This document shows, in pieces, positions 38,473 through 49,496 of a stretch of DNA of 64,000 nt. The stretch is from Klebsormidium nitens (lineage: Eukaryota > Plantae > Klebsormidiophyceae): positions 175,900 to 239,899 of the forward strand of contig DF237019.1 of assembly GCA_000708835.1 (NCBI GenBank), given 5' to 3'. Both the position numbers and the translations under genes were made by a program. Each line of letters opens with the position of its first letter. Position 1 is the first letter of the stretch. A model generated the notes under the pieces. It was not told the origin of the DNA, did not search any database, and was given only the letters and a program-made list of their open reading frames with translations.

Positions 38473-41400
38473 ATGGCAGCAGCTCATTCTGCGTACACCG
38501 CATCAAACTTGCAAAAAGGCCCAGATATTGCTCCAAAGTCCACCTCTGCAAATGAGCTGTCTTCAGACCACAATGTGATTGACGTCGAGCGTCTGCTGAT
38601 AGAATCCAGACAGGTGCGCACAAATGATGCAAATCCTGCTGAGGAGACTCATTACGTACTTGTGATCCATGGCACATTCTCCCAGCCAAAGAAGAAAGGA
38701 TTGGCGACCTGGTTTCACCCGGACCCGAACAAGGGCTCGGACAACTTTTGCGCGCGCCTCGCCGTCCGATTGTCCGGCGGGCACTTTGGGGAGGAGTCCG
38801 TGTGGAGAGCGTTGCCAGATCCGGAGCTGCTTCCAAATGGGGTGCGGTATCCGTTCTATTGGGATGGCAGCAATACGGATGAGGGGCGCAAGGAAGGTGA
38901 GCTTTATCTCACTTTCTTGCCCCTTTTTGGATTTTTAGGGGTATCCTCTGAGCCTATATTCTGGTGCTGCAGTCTTGAATCGCAGCATGACTTCCGTCGC
39001 TAAAGGGGCTAAATATGTGCAATCATCACATGTGGGGCCGATCAATCGATCTCAGCTTCAGAAACCTCCTGTACAGGTCTCAACAATGCCACTGGAAGCC
39101 CTATTGCCAGCAGCATTCGACGCCAGAAATGCCGCATTTGTCGGCGTCATGGTTGCGTCTCACTTTTTGATAAGATGTTGACATGATCTCATCTTAAAAT
39201 GGTCTTGGTCACGACATTCTGTAAGCAACGGTTTCCTTGCTCATGGCGCCAGAATGAAGACGGTGGGGAATGGATTGGGGGCTATGACTATGTTCTGCAA
39301 GACTTTGTATCTTGCAGAGCTCTCCTTTGAAGGCCACTAATATTGAGATACGGAAGTCCCTCGCTAGCAACCCCAACAGGACAAATTCCCATCAGGAATA
39401 CCACGGTAGCAGCAATACGGTAATAACATAAACCATGCACAAGAGACATAGATTCCGTTCGATTTTGCCGAGGGCCGCTTATCCTGACCCATCTCCCTCT
39501 TGCTGCGTAAACCCATGTGCTTAATCCTCTGAATCATGATTGCAACCTTCACCCTGTTGACCAATGTCAGTAGGATCTTAGGGGACCAGAGAGGCTGGGG
39601 GATCTGCTTCACCACTGCGACAGCTGAACATAAGCTTTTGCTTACAATCAGGCGCTTATCATTCTCAACTCTGGGAACTGGGGACATGCTCATTCAAAGA
39701 GTGGACGGTTTCGACTTGGCTTGAAATCATCTACGTGGCAGTTGACGCCGCCCCTTATGAAAGACTCCCCATTTAAACACACCTTTTCTGGTTCTCTCTT
39801 CTGCAGGGGCGTGGCAGCTTGCCAAACTGATCCGGCACATTGCAAACCGGGACCCGTCAGCGCGGATCCACCTCATTGCCCATTCACACGGAGGGAATGT
39901 GGCGCTCAAGGTGAGTGCGAATGGGCACCACGTGAACCTCTTTGGCACTCGTTTCAATATCAGATGGTTTATCACAGCGTGTGCAATAGAGGATTGTATC
40001 CTGATGGTAAGCTGAGAGAAAAATCACTGTCAAGGGTGAAGCGTTTGTAATTTTTCCTTCCTGTAAGTTCCAGATTCAGTGTTGAGGGTAGACATGTTCT
40101 TTCCGGGAGCTTCCTTACAGCAATCCACGTTGCCAAGGCTTCCTTCCTGAGAGCGTCGAGGAGGAATCTGTTTGTGCATGTGCGTAACACATGCTGAAAG
40201 TTTTGCCCAAGCAGTGGTAAGGAGCCAAGCGAATTTGTCACCATCATTGTACTGAAACCACCGCACCTGCCCCATACTTCTTAACGCTCTACTGAACTCT
40301 TCCAAGTTACACCCAAAGAATCTCGAACCAAGATCGAAAATGTTCATTTTACCCGCAAGCGACTCAGCAATACGTCCAGAAGCTGGAGCCTTGGCGCGTT
40401 CCGTTCCTGCATATTCTTGAACGTTTTGGGAGGTTGAACAGTTTCTCCAACGTACACGCGAAAAGCTTGGACCACTTTCAGAAACGTGTGACTTTGCGGT
40501 GAGCATTTCGTCCAAGAGTTGGAGCCGCAGAGTGCCGATGAGAACTCACCAAGCGTTGCTTTTGGACTGCTTGGATGTGGAATCCTTGACATCTTAATGA
40601 ATTCTTATTGTGCCCATAGGCGATCGAGCAGTACGTCCAGAAGCTGGAGCCGCGGAGTGCCGAGGAGGACTGGCCGGACGCCGTCCGCGAGCGCTTTCGG
40701 ATGGCGCACCAGGCGCAGGCGGACGAGATCGCGCGTTGGCGGAAAGTGGAGGGAGTGCCCTGGTTTGGCCGCGTTGTCCCATTCCTAGTTGTCCGAAGGG
40801 GGCGGAAAGGTGGGGAACGAAGCCTGTCTCGGCCGCAATTCCTGCGAGCATTTATTAGATATGTTCCCGCGCAAGTCGGGACTGTGTTTCGAGAGAGCCG
40901 GCTTATCTGGCTTTCATCTGCGCAAGCGCTCTGGAATAGTAACAACTGATTCAAGACAAAATACAGCGTCCACTTCATCAGCTCGAAAGACATGTCGTAT
41001 TTAAACTTTTGTCGTTTGATATTAACCCTCTTCGGTGACTGCTTAACAAAGCTCTTGCTGCGGGCATTTTTGAGTTGGTAACTTTCCGGCCGCCCCTCAA
41101 AAATGCCCGCAGCAAGAGCGGTGTTGGGATTGCGCTTAGCAATGTGCGTATGGGTGCCAAACTTAACCCGGATTTGAATATGGGTTAGTCCTCTTGGGTT
41201 TGTCTTGGTCCCTGGTTTCGAACCAAGATATCCATCTCCACATGGAAGGACGCAGGTCGCACAGGCGCAAACGCACCAAATAGACACAGGGACATCGCCC
41301 CTAGAGTGCGCTCGTTGATTGGGCACACTGATCTTGTTCCACCGTGTTGGCTTGGTCAAAAGAATCTGACCATCGCTTATCCCTTCCGGTAAAGGACGGA

Positions 41401-44400
41401 TGTTCTTTAGGAGATAATGCTGACTTTTGTGTCCCTCTTTTCTGTGCAGGGGAGGTGAATGCCCAGGAGCTCTATCCCTGGGGCTACCATCGCTACGTGG
41501 ATGCGCTGCTCCATCTGGGGCGGCGAAGGAAGATGCTCTACCTGTCGAACAGGCAAGCGGCAATTTGCAAGCGTAGTTCTTTCGAGTGCCCTTCTTCTAA
41601 TAGGCTTCGCTTAAGTCTTCGCGTCTGAGTTTGTCGGTTCTCCGGAACACTCTCGAAGCCGAACAAAGACCACTCCCGTCCGAGGCACTTTGAAAACCGG
41701 ACGCGGGTTAGATGGGCTTCTCTAGACGAAAGTTTTGCTGGTCCCCTCCCTTATCGAGCCGGACGATTTTTTCGTCTCTTATTGCCTGGGAGCGCCAATG
41801 CATCCAGTCCTGATCTGGGCTGCCCAATCACTTCAAGGCGGCGATTTTCTTACCTCAGAAGAGCACCAAACGTTGCAAGTCTACTAGATTGAGGACTTAA
41901 GCGCCACCCCAGCGATACACTGTCGCTCTTCTGACCGCCTGTTTGTTTCCTCTTACGGAGTCGACAAGCCCCCGAAAACCTGCTGACGCCACCCCTTCCG
42001 TCCGCAGGCGTATGACGTCCCCCATTTTGACGTTACCCGTCATTGGGCAAGGCCGTCTTCTCTTTCCTCTTCATTTCAAAGAATCCCTAGACGTCACTTG
42101 TTCTTCCTTCCTCGCAGGCGCATGACGTCACCGTGAGTAACGCGCTGGGCGAGGCCATCTTCTCTTCACCGTTCTTTCCAAAGAACCTGCTGACATCAGG
42201 CGCTCTTGCTTTCAGCACGCGCATGACGTCACCCATCAGCAACGCGCTCAGCAAGGCATATGCTGACGTCAGCCGTTCTTCCTTCCCGCAGGCGCATGAC
42301 GTCACCCGTCAGCAACGCGCTGGGCAAGGCCGTCTTCCTGGGCACGCCCTTCTACCGCAAGCAGTGGACCACGTGGGCGATTCCCCGCATTCTACTTTCC
42401 TTCCTCATCTCCCTCGTTCTGGGCTTCGTGATAACGGTCATGGCGGTCGCAATTTGGGCTAACATTTTCGGCTTTGACACCAGCAATAACGCGGTGCTGT
42501 TTGTAGCGATCGGCCTGTCGGTGCTGCTCTTCTTCGCGGAGCTGGTGGGCTTTGCGGAGCGGACGCTGTTCCGGAGCGGCAACATGTACCACTCGGACAA
42601 GGTGTGTACGCGGGTTTGGTTATCAGGAGTTTCAGGAGTTCATAGTTTCAGAATTTTATGTTGTAGAATTTCGAGCTTTAAAGGTTTGAGGCTTTTTCGG
42701 CGCTGCTCTTCTTCGCGGAACTGGTTCTTCGCGGAGCGGACTTTGTTCCGGAGCGGCAACATGTACCACTCGGACAAGGTGGGTAGGAGGAATTGGTTTT
42801 CAGATTTCAGGGTTGGGATCTCACGTATGAGGGTCTGCCTTCAATAGAAGGGTTCAGACATTTAGGGTTCTTGGGTGTCGAAGGTTTTCGGCGCTGCGCT
42901 TCTTTGCAGAGTTGTTGGGCTTTGCGGTGCGGATGATATTGCGGCAAGTTGGTCACGGTTACGTACGAGCTTTCACCAGAATTAAAGCTTCAGAAGTGCA
43001 GGATTTATGGGTGTTTAGGCTTCACTATTCCTGTCTCTGTCTTGTGCGCCGCACGTTTGCTACTATCGGCAGAGCATTCAAATTGCTGGCTCCCTGGCAC
43101 ACAGAGCACAGTCATCAAAACGAGAGCAGTAGAGACGCTCTCGCCGCTTTCGGGGAACTAATCTTAAAGGTGTCTGTGAGTTCGAACGGAAACTTGAACT
43201 AAGTCCAAAAGAGCATCAAGTTGTTTCCAGAAGATGCTCGAAAGATCTCAGGGAGCGAGTTCATCAGCTTCTAACTCAGGATCTTCTGATCTGCCTGATC
43301 TTCTGATCCAGAATTGTACTGAGAACGAGCCGGATAGTGGATCACACGAGACTGAAGCAAGTCAGAAGGTACCCCGGAACAAATCAACCAAAGCAGTATT
43401 CGAAACAATCAAGCCAGAACCTACTCAGTCCGTCTTGGGCCAGAAACGTGTCGGGAACGATTCGGGAAGTCTATGAAGTAGGTCAGAAGGTAGCCCGGAT
43501 CAAGCCCGGACACCTTTAGTAACAAACCTAGTCCTCCCCGCACAGGTCCCGTGGTCCCCCGCCCAGCACGCGCTGGCCATCCAGGCCGGCAAGCTGGACG
43601 AGGCCGCGCTCGCGCTCTCCGCCGAGCCGGCCGCGCGCGCTTTCCTCCTGCCCCTAGTTCGCCGCGCCACCGCGCACGCGGGCTTCGTCGCGTTTCCGCG
43701 GCGCCCCGGCGCGCACGCGCCCGCGCGCGCGTGGGTCTTCTACAACCTGGCGATCTTTCGCGCGGTCGTCCTCAACGTAGTTCTCCTCTTTCCGCGCATC
43801 ATCTTCTGGGCCATTAGCAAGATCGTGGTGCGCAATACGTTCAATACGATCCGTTCGATTCTGATGGGGCTCGCGTACGGGCTCGACACGGCGAACCTAA
43901 AGAACGCGCGCGTTGACGTGGAGGAAACGTTGGTGCTCGGGGGATCCCCCCGGAACATCCGCACGTGGGACGTGCGGCGGCTGTTGGCGCTGGCGGAAGA
44001 GCGCGGGCTCGCGCGCACCTGGGTCGAGGACTTCGCGCGGGAGCAGCCGGACGGAATGGGAAGCAGAAACGGAAGCGGAATGGGGCGGTCTAGGTCGGAA
44101 ACAAACCTGGCGAAAGAAGGAGAACCGTTTGGCAACGGGATGAGTTCTGGCCGGGGCGCACAGGGAGCTGCATTCAGAACCACGAGCGGTGAGTCGAGCC
44201 GCAGTTCCGGTGAAGCGTCGAGCGGATTCGGCGGAATCGGCGGACCGGTCAACGGAACTGCTCCGGTGTTTGCGAGGGGTCTCCAGAACGCGGATGCACG
44301 ACTCGCAGGAAGCGGAGAGAGTTTTACCGGAACAGAGCCGACGTCCGGGCGAAATCTCCGGAACGGGGCCAGTGGGGCAGCGGCGCTTGACGGAACGGAG

Positions 44401-44760
44401 TCGGCGTTCGGGCGGGTTCCTCGGAACGGGAGCGGCAAGGGACCGGTTTTTGAGGAAATCATGTCCTCTTCCGCGAGCTCTTACTCCTTCCTGTGGGACG
44501 ACGCCGAGTTGATCGCGCGTTCGGATTCGTCGCTCATGTTCGGCAAGCTCCGGGAACAGTTGTCGCGGATCGACCACAACCCGCGGCTGACGAAAGCGCA
44601 GTACGCGCGCGATCTGCGGTGCCTGTGCTGCGTGGTCGAGGCGCGGTTCTGGGAGATCCGCAACCAGTGGCAGCTGACGCATGCCACGTATTACCGGAAC
44701 CAGGATATCGTGGAGGCGGTCGTTGCGTTTCTAAACGCGTTGGAGGTGCCTACCACTTGA
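38473..44760 (+). CDS. Alpha/beta hydrolase with transmembrane insert, paralog B; 6 exons
   Basis: Exons 38473-38896, 39807-39910, 40620-40809, 41450-41552, 42292-42601, 43546-44760. Exons 2-4 have the same lengths as in paralog A (104, 190, 103 nt). Motifs: VIHGTF, AHSHGGN, FLGTPF, KLDEA, LTHATYY. Intron 4 has a GC donor. Confidence 0.88.
40355..40619 (+). repeat. Echoes of the start of hydrolase B exon 3
   Basis: cagcaatacgtccagaagctggagcc (about 40365-40390) and gagcatttcgtccaagagttggagccgcagagtgccgatgag (about 40501-40542), versus the real gagcagtacgtccagaagctggagccgcggagtgccgaggag. Confidence 0.8.
41985..42291 (+). repeat. Three tandem echoes of the acceptor plus start of hydrolase B exon 5
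   Basis: cgcaggcgtatgacgtc (about 42003), cgcaggcgcatgacgtcaccgtgagtaacgcgctgggcgaggcc (about 42113), gcgcatgacgtcacccatcagcaacgcgctcagcaagg (about 42219). Confidence 0.88.
42698..42950 (+). repeat. Two echoes of the end of hydrolase B exon 5 plus donor
   Basis: The first copy (42698-42784) has its last 35 nt identical to the exon end, followed by GT. The second, more decayed copy lies at about 42888-42950. Confidence 0.9.
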
Positions 44761-46689
44761 AAAAACGTGGAACTCCTTCGGATGCCTCTCAAGTAGAGGA
44801 ATGTAGAGTCAAACTGATTCCATCAGGCTAGCGGCTTGACGGACGCTTATCTTGTTTGCGTTTCAAAGGGGGGTTGTTGGTTGTTGTACAGCGCGTCAGC
44901 CAAAGTCACTCCCTGGCAGGCCATGATAAGCCGAAGCGGAGGCCGTACTTTGGTAGTGCCGGCTGAGCGCGACGTGGCCAATCCGCGACTCGGCTTCATA
45001 AACATGATTAATCAGGCGCATTAACGTAGGAGCTAAGTAGTACTGTATCTGATTGCCACGGTTTGCAATCAAAGAATCAGAGTCAAGAAATACAATCCAA
45101 CCGTATGGATGCCTCGCGAACTGCGGGCGCAAGCTGTATAGCTGTGTCAAATGATTCCCAAGTTGGAACACGTCATCCTTTTGACTATCAAAGATAAACT
45201 GTAATAGTTTTCCTGTAAGACTTATAAACGCTCCTTGTACAGACAATTGCATGAGTCTGTACGTCTATCACCGACTCCGGCCCGTCGAATGAGACAACAA
45301 GCGAAGCCAAGTTGTCATGACATCCGCGGCCATGTTCGAACACCGCGGTCCGAAATCAATCAGCACGTAATATACAGAGACATAAAATCCTTGTGCGGTG
45401 CACGAGCTCAGTCTAGCTAGCCCCCTATGACTGGCCGCCTATAAGCTTGGCGCGATGCGAACATCAAACACCAAACATGTCAAACATCATACATCTTGAA
45501 TGTACATATCATTCATGGCAGCAAACACATGGCATCTGGCCGCGCAGGCTAACTAATCATGATCGAGCACCCGGCTTGCGTTATGTCCGTGTCGCGGCTT
45601 GACAGGGTCTTTGCTTGGAGCTCAGTCTTCTCTGACGAGCACGCTCAATCTGCTCTCGCGCGGATATACACTGGTGATAGAGCTCCGCCACCCTTATAGG
45701 CCGCAGTGCCGCCCACTGATTGGGGGACCACCCGTATATAGCTGAGACGGCGGCTGGAATCATGTTCAAAGGACTCCCGCTGCGGACCATTTTGAGCTCT
45801 AATCATAAGAGCAGTGGCAGAGGCCTTCCACTTGGACCCGTCTTATGGTAGACAGCCTAAATTTCGTTCTTCCTTCGAACGGAAGACTGAACTTTCATGG
45901 CCTGGTCAATCACTGTAACGATCGCTCCACTAGCCCGGACGAACAGATTCTCGAGAAGTTCTCTCGGCAATGTTTCGAAGCGGACGAGATGCGAAAGGCG
46001 CGCCCTTTGTTATCCTGACTTACGTTGATACATGCAACCAGATGCTCGAGAGTGTCAGCTCGAAGTTGTTTCCAGGTCAGTGGACCGCATGCAGAAGAGT
46101 TTCAACCATCTGTAAGCCAAAACTCAGGAACTCATCCGATGACCACGTTTTGCTGACGACTCTGAAGCTACAAGTAGAACAAAAAGTAAGTGACTTCGTT
46201 CTTGGTAAGTGGTAGAGTGTCGCGGGTGGAACACACACATTTATGAAGCGTGAGAAAGAGTGTTCGTGTTGATGGCGACCAGTCTGAAAGGGCTGGCACA
46301 TGAGCGGACTATGAGTGCAAGAGCAGATTGAAGTACGTAATCCGACTCTGATGATCGAGAAAGAAATGGAGAGCTCCTCATTATTACGTCGTTCTAGGAA
46401 CGCTGATCGCATTAGGTGTATTCCATGACCACGAAAAGCCGTTCTTTGTTTGTGTAAAGCCTTCTGTCATGGCAGGGCCTGCCGAAAGTGGGTACTCATT
46501 CTTGTGATCTAAAGAGGCTATACTCACAAAGCCTGACGTTCACGAGCCCGTCGACGAGTTCCTCAACACGAGAATGAAATTGATGGTTATCTTACGCTGG
46601 AAGCACAGAGTTTTGGATGCAAACGCTGATCGAAGAGACACCGCGATACCGCAGGGCCAGCTGGATCGCCAAGCTCAGTCGAACTAAGG

Positions 46690-47915
46690 TTAGTCGAAGT
46701 TTAGTGCTTTTCCCCTAGCCACTAGCCCGCGCTCGAAATCCTTGTGTGACAGCCTGTGCCTAGTAGCGTCTTCAATCAGTTTCCTTGCAGGTTGTAGCTC
46801 GGGCCACTGCCTAAGCAGGCCTCTCAGGAACTCCGTTCGCATGTTTTCGAACCGTATCAGCGGTGCGAGCCGCATCACCGCAACCCTCCTTGCTTCGAGG
46901 GCGTTGCATCGCTCCCTGTAGGATCCCACATTCGGCCCCAGCTTTCTGATCCAACGCAGCAGTTGTTGCAGAATTATCTCCTCAGGACTGCCATCTAGTT
47001 GGTCCGATGTTAACAGTACTTCTAGCGCCCCCAAGCTTAGTCCCAGAAAGCAGTTAGACGCCCACGTGGCTCCAACGTTTCCGAAGGCTTCCAGAATGTT
47101 GTCGCGAGCAGAGTCTAGAAGCTCCGCGATCTCCGGACATTGATGGACGCTTTCTGGGATGTCGTCGAGAAGCAGAGAGCTGTCCAAAAGGTTCGGCATA
47201 CGGCTCCGGAAAGCGCAGATGACTGCGGCCGTCAAGGAGGGCACCTCGAACTTGTCGGCCGCAAGGAGAAGAGCCAAGAGCTCGCGACCCGGAGTGGCAA
47301 AAGCATCGAAGAAGCGCGAAGGGAGGCTCCCGGTGTAGAGGAAGCGGAGCATCTCTACCACAGCGGCTTTCTCTGCATGGAAGTGCAGAAAATATTGTAG
47401 CGCCACAACATCCTGTCTTCCTTTCTACTTCTGTAATCAGGGCGATCCTCAGAACAAGCATGAACTGTGATCAATGTCATCTACCATTGATTATGGAAAA
47501 AGACGTCAGGTAAACAACTCCTCTTTCCTCTGCTTGATTCCTAAGATAATGCTGCCGTTAGACCCAAGAAAATCTGTCTGGAACCTACGGTTCGTCCGTC
47601 GTGCTGTGAACGCACCTGCTTTTGTGACGCCAAGAAACACGGGCGCGCCCCTTTTCGCTTCCCTCATACCGGCGGTGAATAACATCGCTCTGAAGAAACC
47701 GCTCTTCAAGCCAAGAGGGTTGAGTGGATGGGGATATCATCGGGGATGAAAGCATAATCCGTCTCGGCAGCAGAAGGCTTTGTGAAAGAGGGTTTTTTGG
47801 ATGTCGTGTGCCTTGCAGGAAAGGCGGACGCGGCTTCCGAGTAGCGGACGATATTTGCGTACGAAGGCGACCGTGCACAAAAAGCGCCTGCACAAAGGAT
47901 ATCAGTCAGTGAACA
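46690..47915 (-). pseudogene. BTB/POZ-BACK gene copy 1, probably pseudogenised
   Basis: Exon 2 (46690-47372): EMLRFLYTG...AADKFEVPSL...LIRFENM. Exon 1 ends at 47616 (KSGFFRAMLFTAGMRE) but has a 1-nt frameshift near 47710 (IPIHSTLLA*) and an apparent stop further upstream. Confidence 0.7.
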
Positions 47916-48563
47916 TCGGCTCGAGAGCGAGCGTTGCTTACGTTTCCTGGAACCAGCAGTGCTGCTTAGCTGGACATGGTCCGCGTCGATTACAGGCTGA
48001 CGGATTGCTTGCCGTTCGTCAAAACAAGAATCCGGACTCCGCGGTGCAATTTAAGGTCCTGATTATCACTCTGTTTTCTACCGTTACTACTCTCCACCAC
48101 GGTGCGGCAAGTCGGCCGTTTCTTCAGTCCTTAATCTATGCTGCAGGAAGACTGCTTGCCTGATATCAGAAGCGCCCCAGCAACGAACGCTTTATTTGGA
48201 GAAGGTGGCTTTGCTTCTCACCTTGCTCGACTGTATCAAGGATTCGGAGTCTAAGGATGCGATCGGAGAAGTCTATCTTCCTGCAAAACAAACGCTCCCT
48301 TGAACGTTACTCATTATGACCTCGAAAGCACTGCGGGCAAGCCTTCCAATCTGCGAAATGAAAGATGTTTAGATCACGAGGTTAATCCTCTTTCAAAGCT
48401 AACGCCAGGTTATCAAGCGACAAGGCTTTCACGCTTGATACGCACAGCGTTTCTTCACAAGGAGCGTCCCCGTTACACTTGAGAACAATTGTGCTTTGCT
48501 GAAGGGCCCCGGCAAGATGCCACTCAGCGAAAGACGGACCAGGACAGAATGCACTCTGACCTC

Positions 48564-49496
48564 TCACCCATATAAAGCGCCGAAGTTGACCTCAAAGTAC
48601 TTGACATCCTTCCAGAGCTCAGTCTTTCTGTGCAGCATTTTGAAGAGCTTCACCGCTTCTCGCCGTCCCTCTTTGTTCCCAGTCCACACGCTTGGCAACT
48701 TCCAGACCGCATGATAGAGAACAGGCCCGAGAAACGAGGAGACCTCGAAATTCACAGCCACGTGCAAACGGTCCAAGACTTTGCAGGCGTCCGTGTCAGG
48801 CTCGTCGGGGAGGAGCGGAAGGCGGCCGGTGTGAATGCACTCGAGCATTTCGGCGAAAGCCGCTTTTTCTGCGGGCGGGGACGGCACGATCAGATCAGAG
48901 AAACGATGGCTCTGTTATATGCTATTGATTCCGGATCAACAGACTCTCTAAAACGGGACGACCTCACCAAGGATGTTTCAACGGACCTTGAGAGCAGCGA
49001 AGTTTTCTCACGGCGTTAGATCCAGATTGAGAAGATAAGCCAGAAACATGAAATTGTGCCGGTAGGCGGCTGGATCAAGCATTTAGGGTAGACCTGAACC
49101 TGAATGAAAGGATGGTGCCACGTCGCTGAAGCAGATTAGAGCAGCTATACAGACAAGAACAATCTGCTGACCTCCAGGTGTGACGGCAAGTATCACGGGC
49201 GCACTCTTTGCCTCTTCGGAGAGCATCAAGTCCCTGAGCACGCGGCTCTTTCCAGCGACCACGAATGAGTTGATCAGAATGTCTTCGTACTCGCCGTCTT
49301 CTGTACCAAAGTCTTCCAGTACAGATTTTGGAGCGGCTTGTGTGACTCGATTCTCAGCTGCGCAATAACGCTGCGCCGCACTGCGAAGTGCAGCCACGAA
49401 GGCTGCGCTGAGCGATGAAGCTGAATCAGCCAAAGGACCTGCATATGAGAATTGAGACGGTTTGTGACGGTCTGCCTTCAGCTTGCCGTTGAACAA
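48564..49496 (-). pseudogene. BTB/POZ gene copy 2, truncated and diverged
   Basis: Same intron position (donor at 49171, acceptor at 48869). INSFVVAGKSRVLRDLM and EKAAFAEMLECIHTG are present, but the ORF stops before the BACK domain. Confidence 0.6.

Noticed and set aside
40478-41563. 361-aa minus-strand ORF
   Set aside because: Lies antisense to hydrolase B exons 3-4 and the intervening intron; no recognisable domain.
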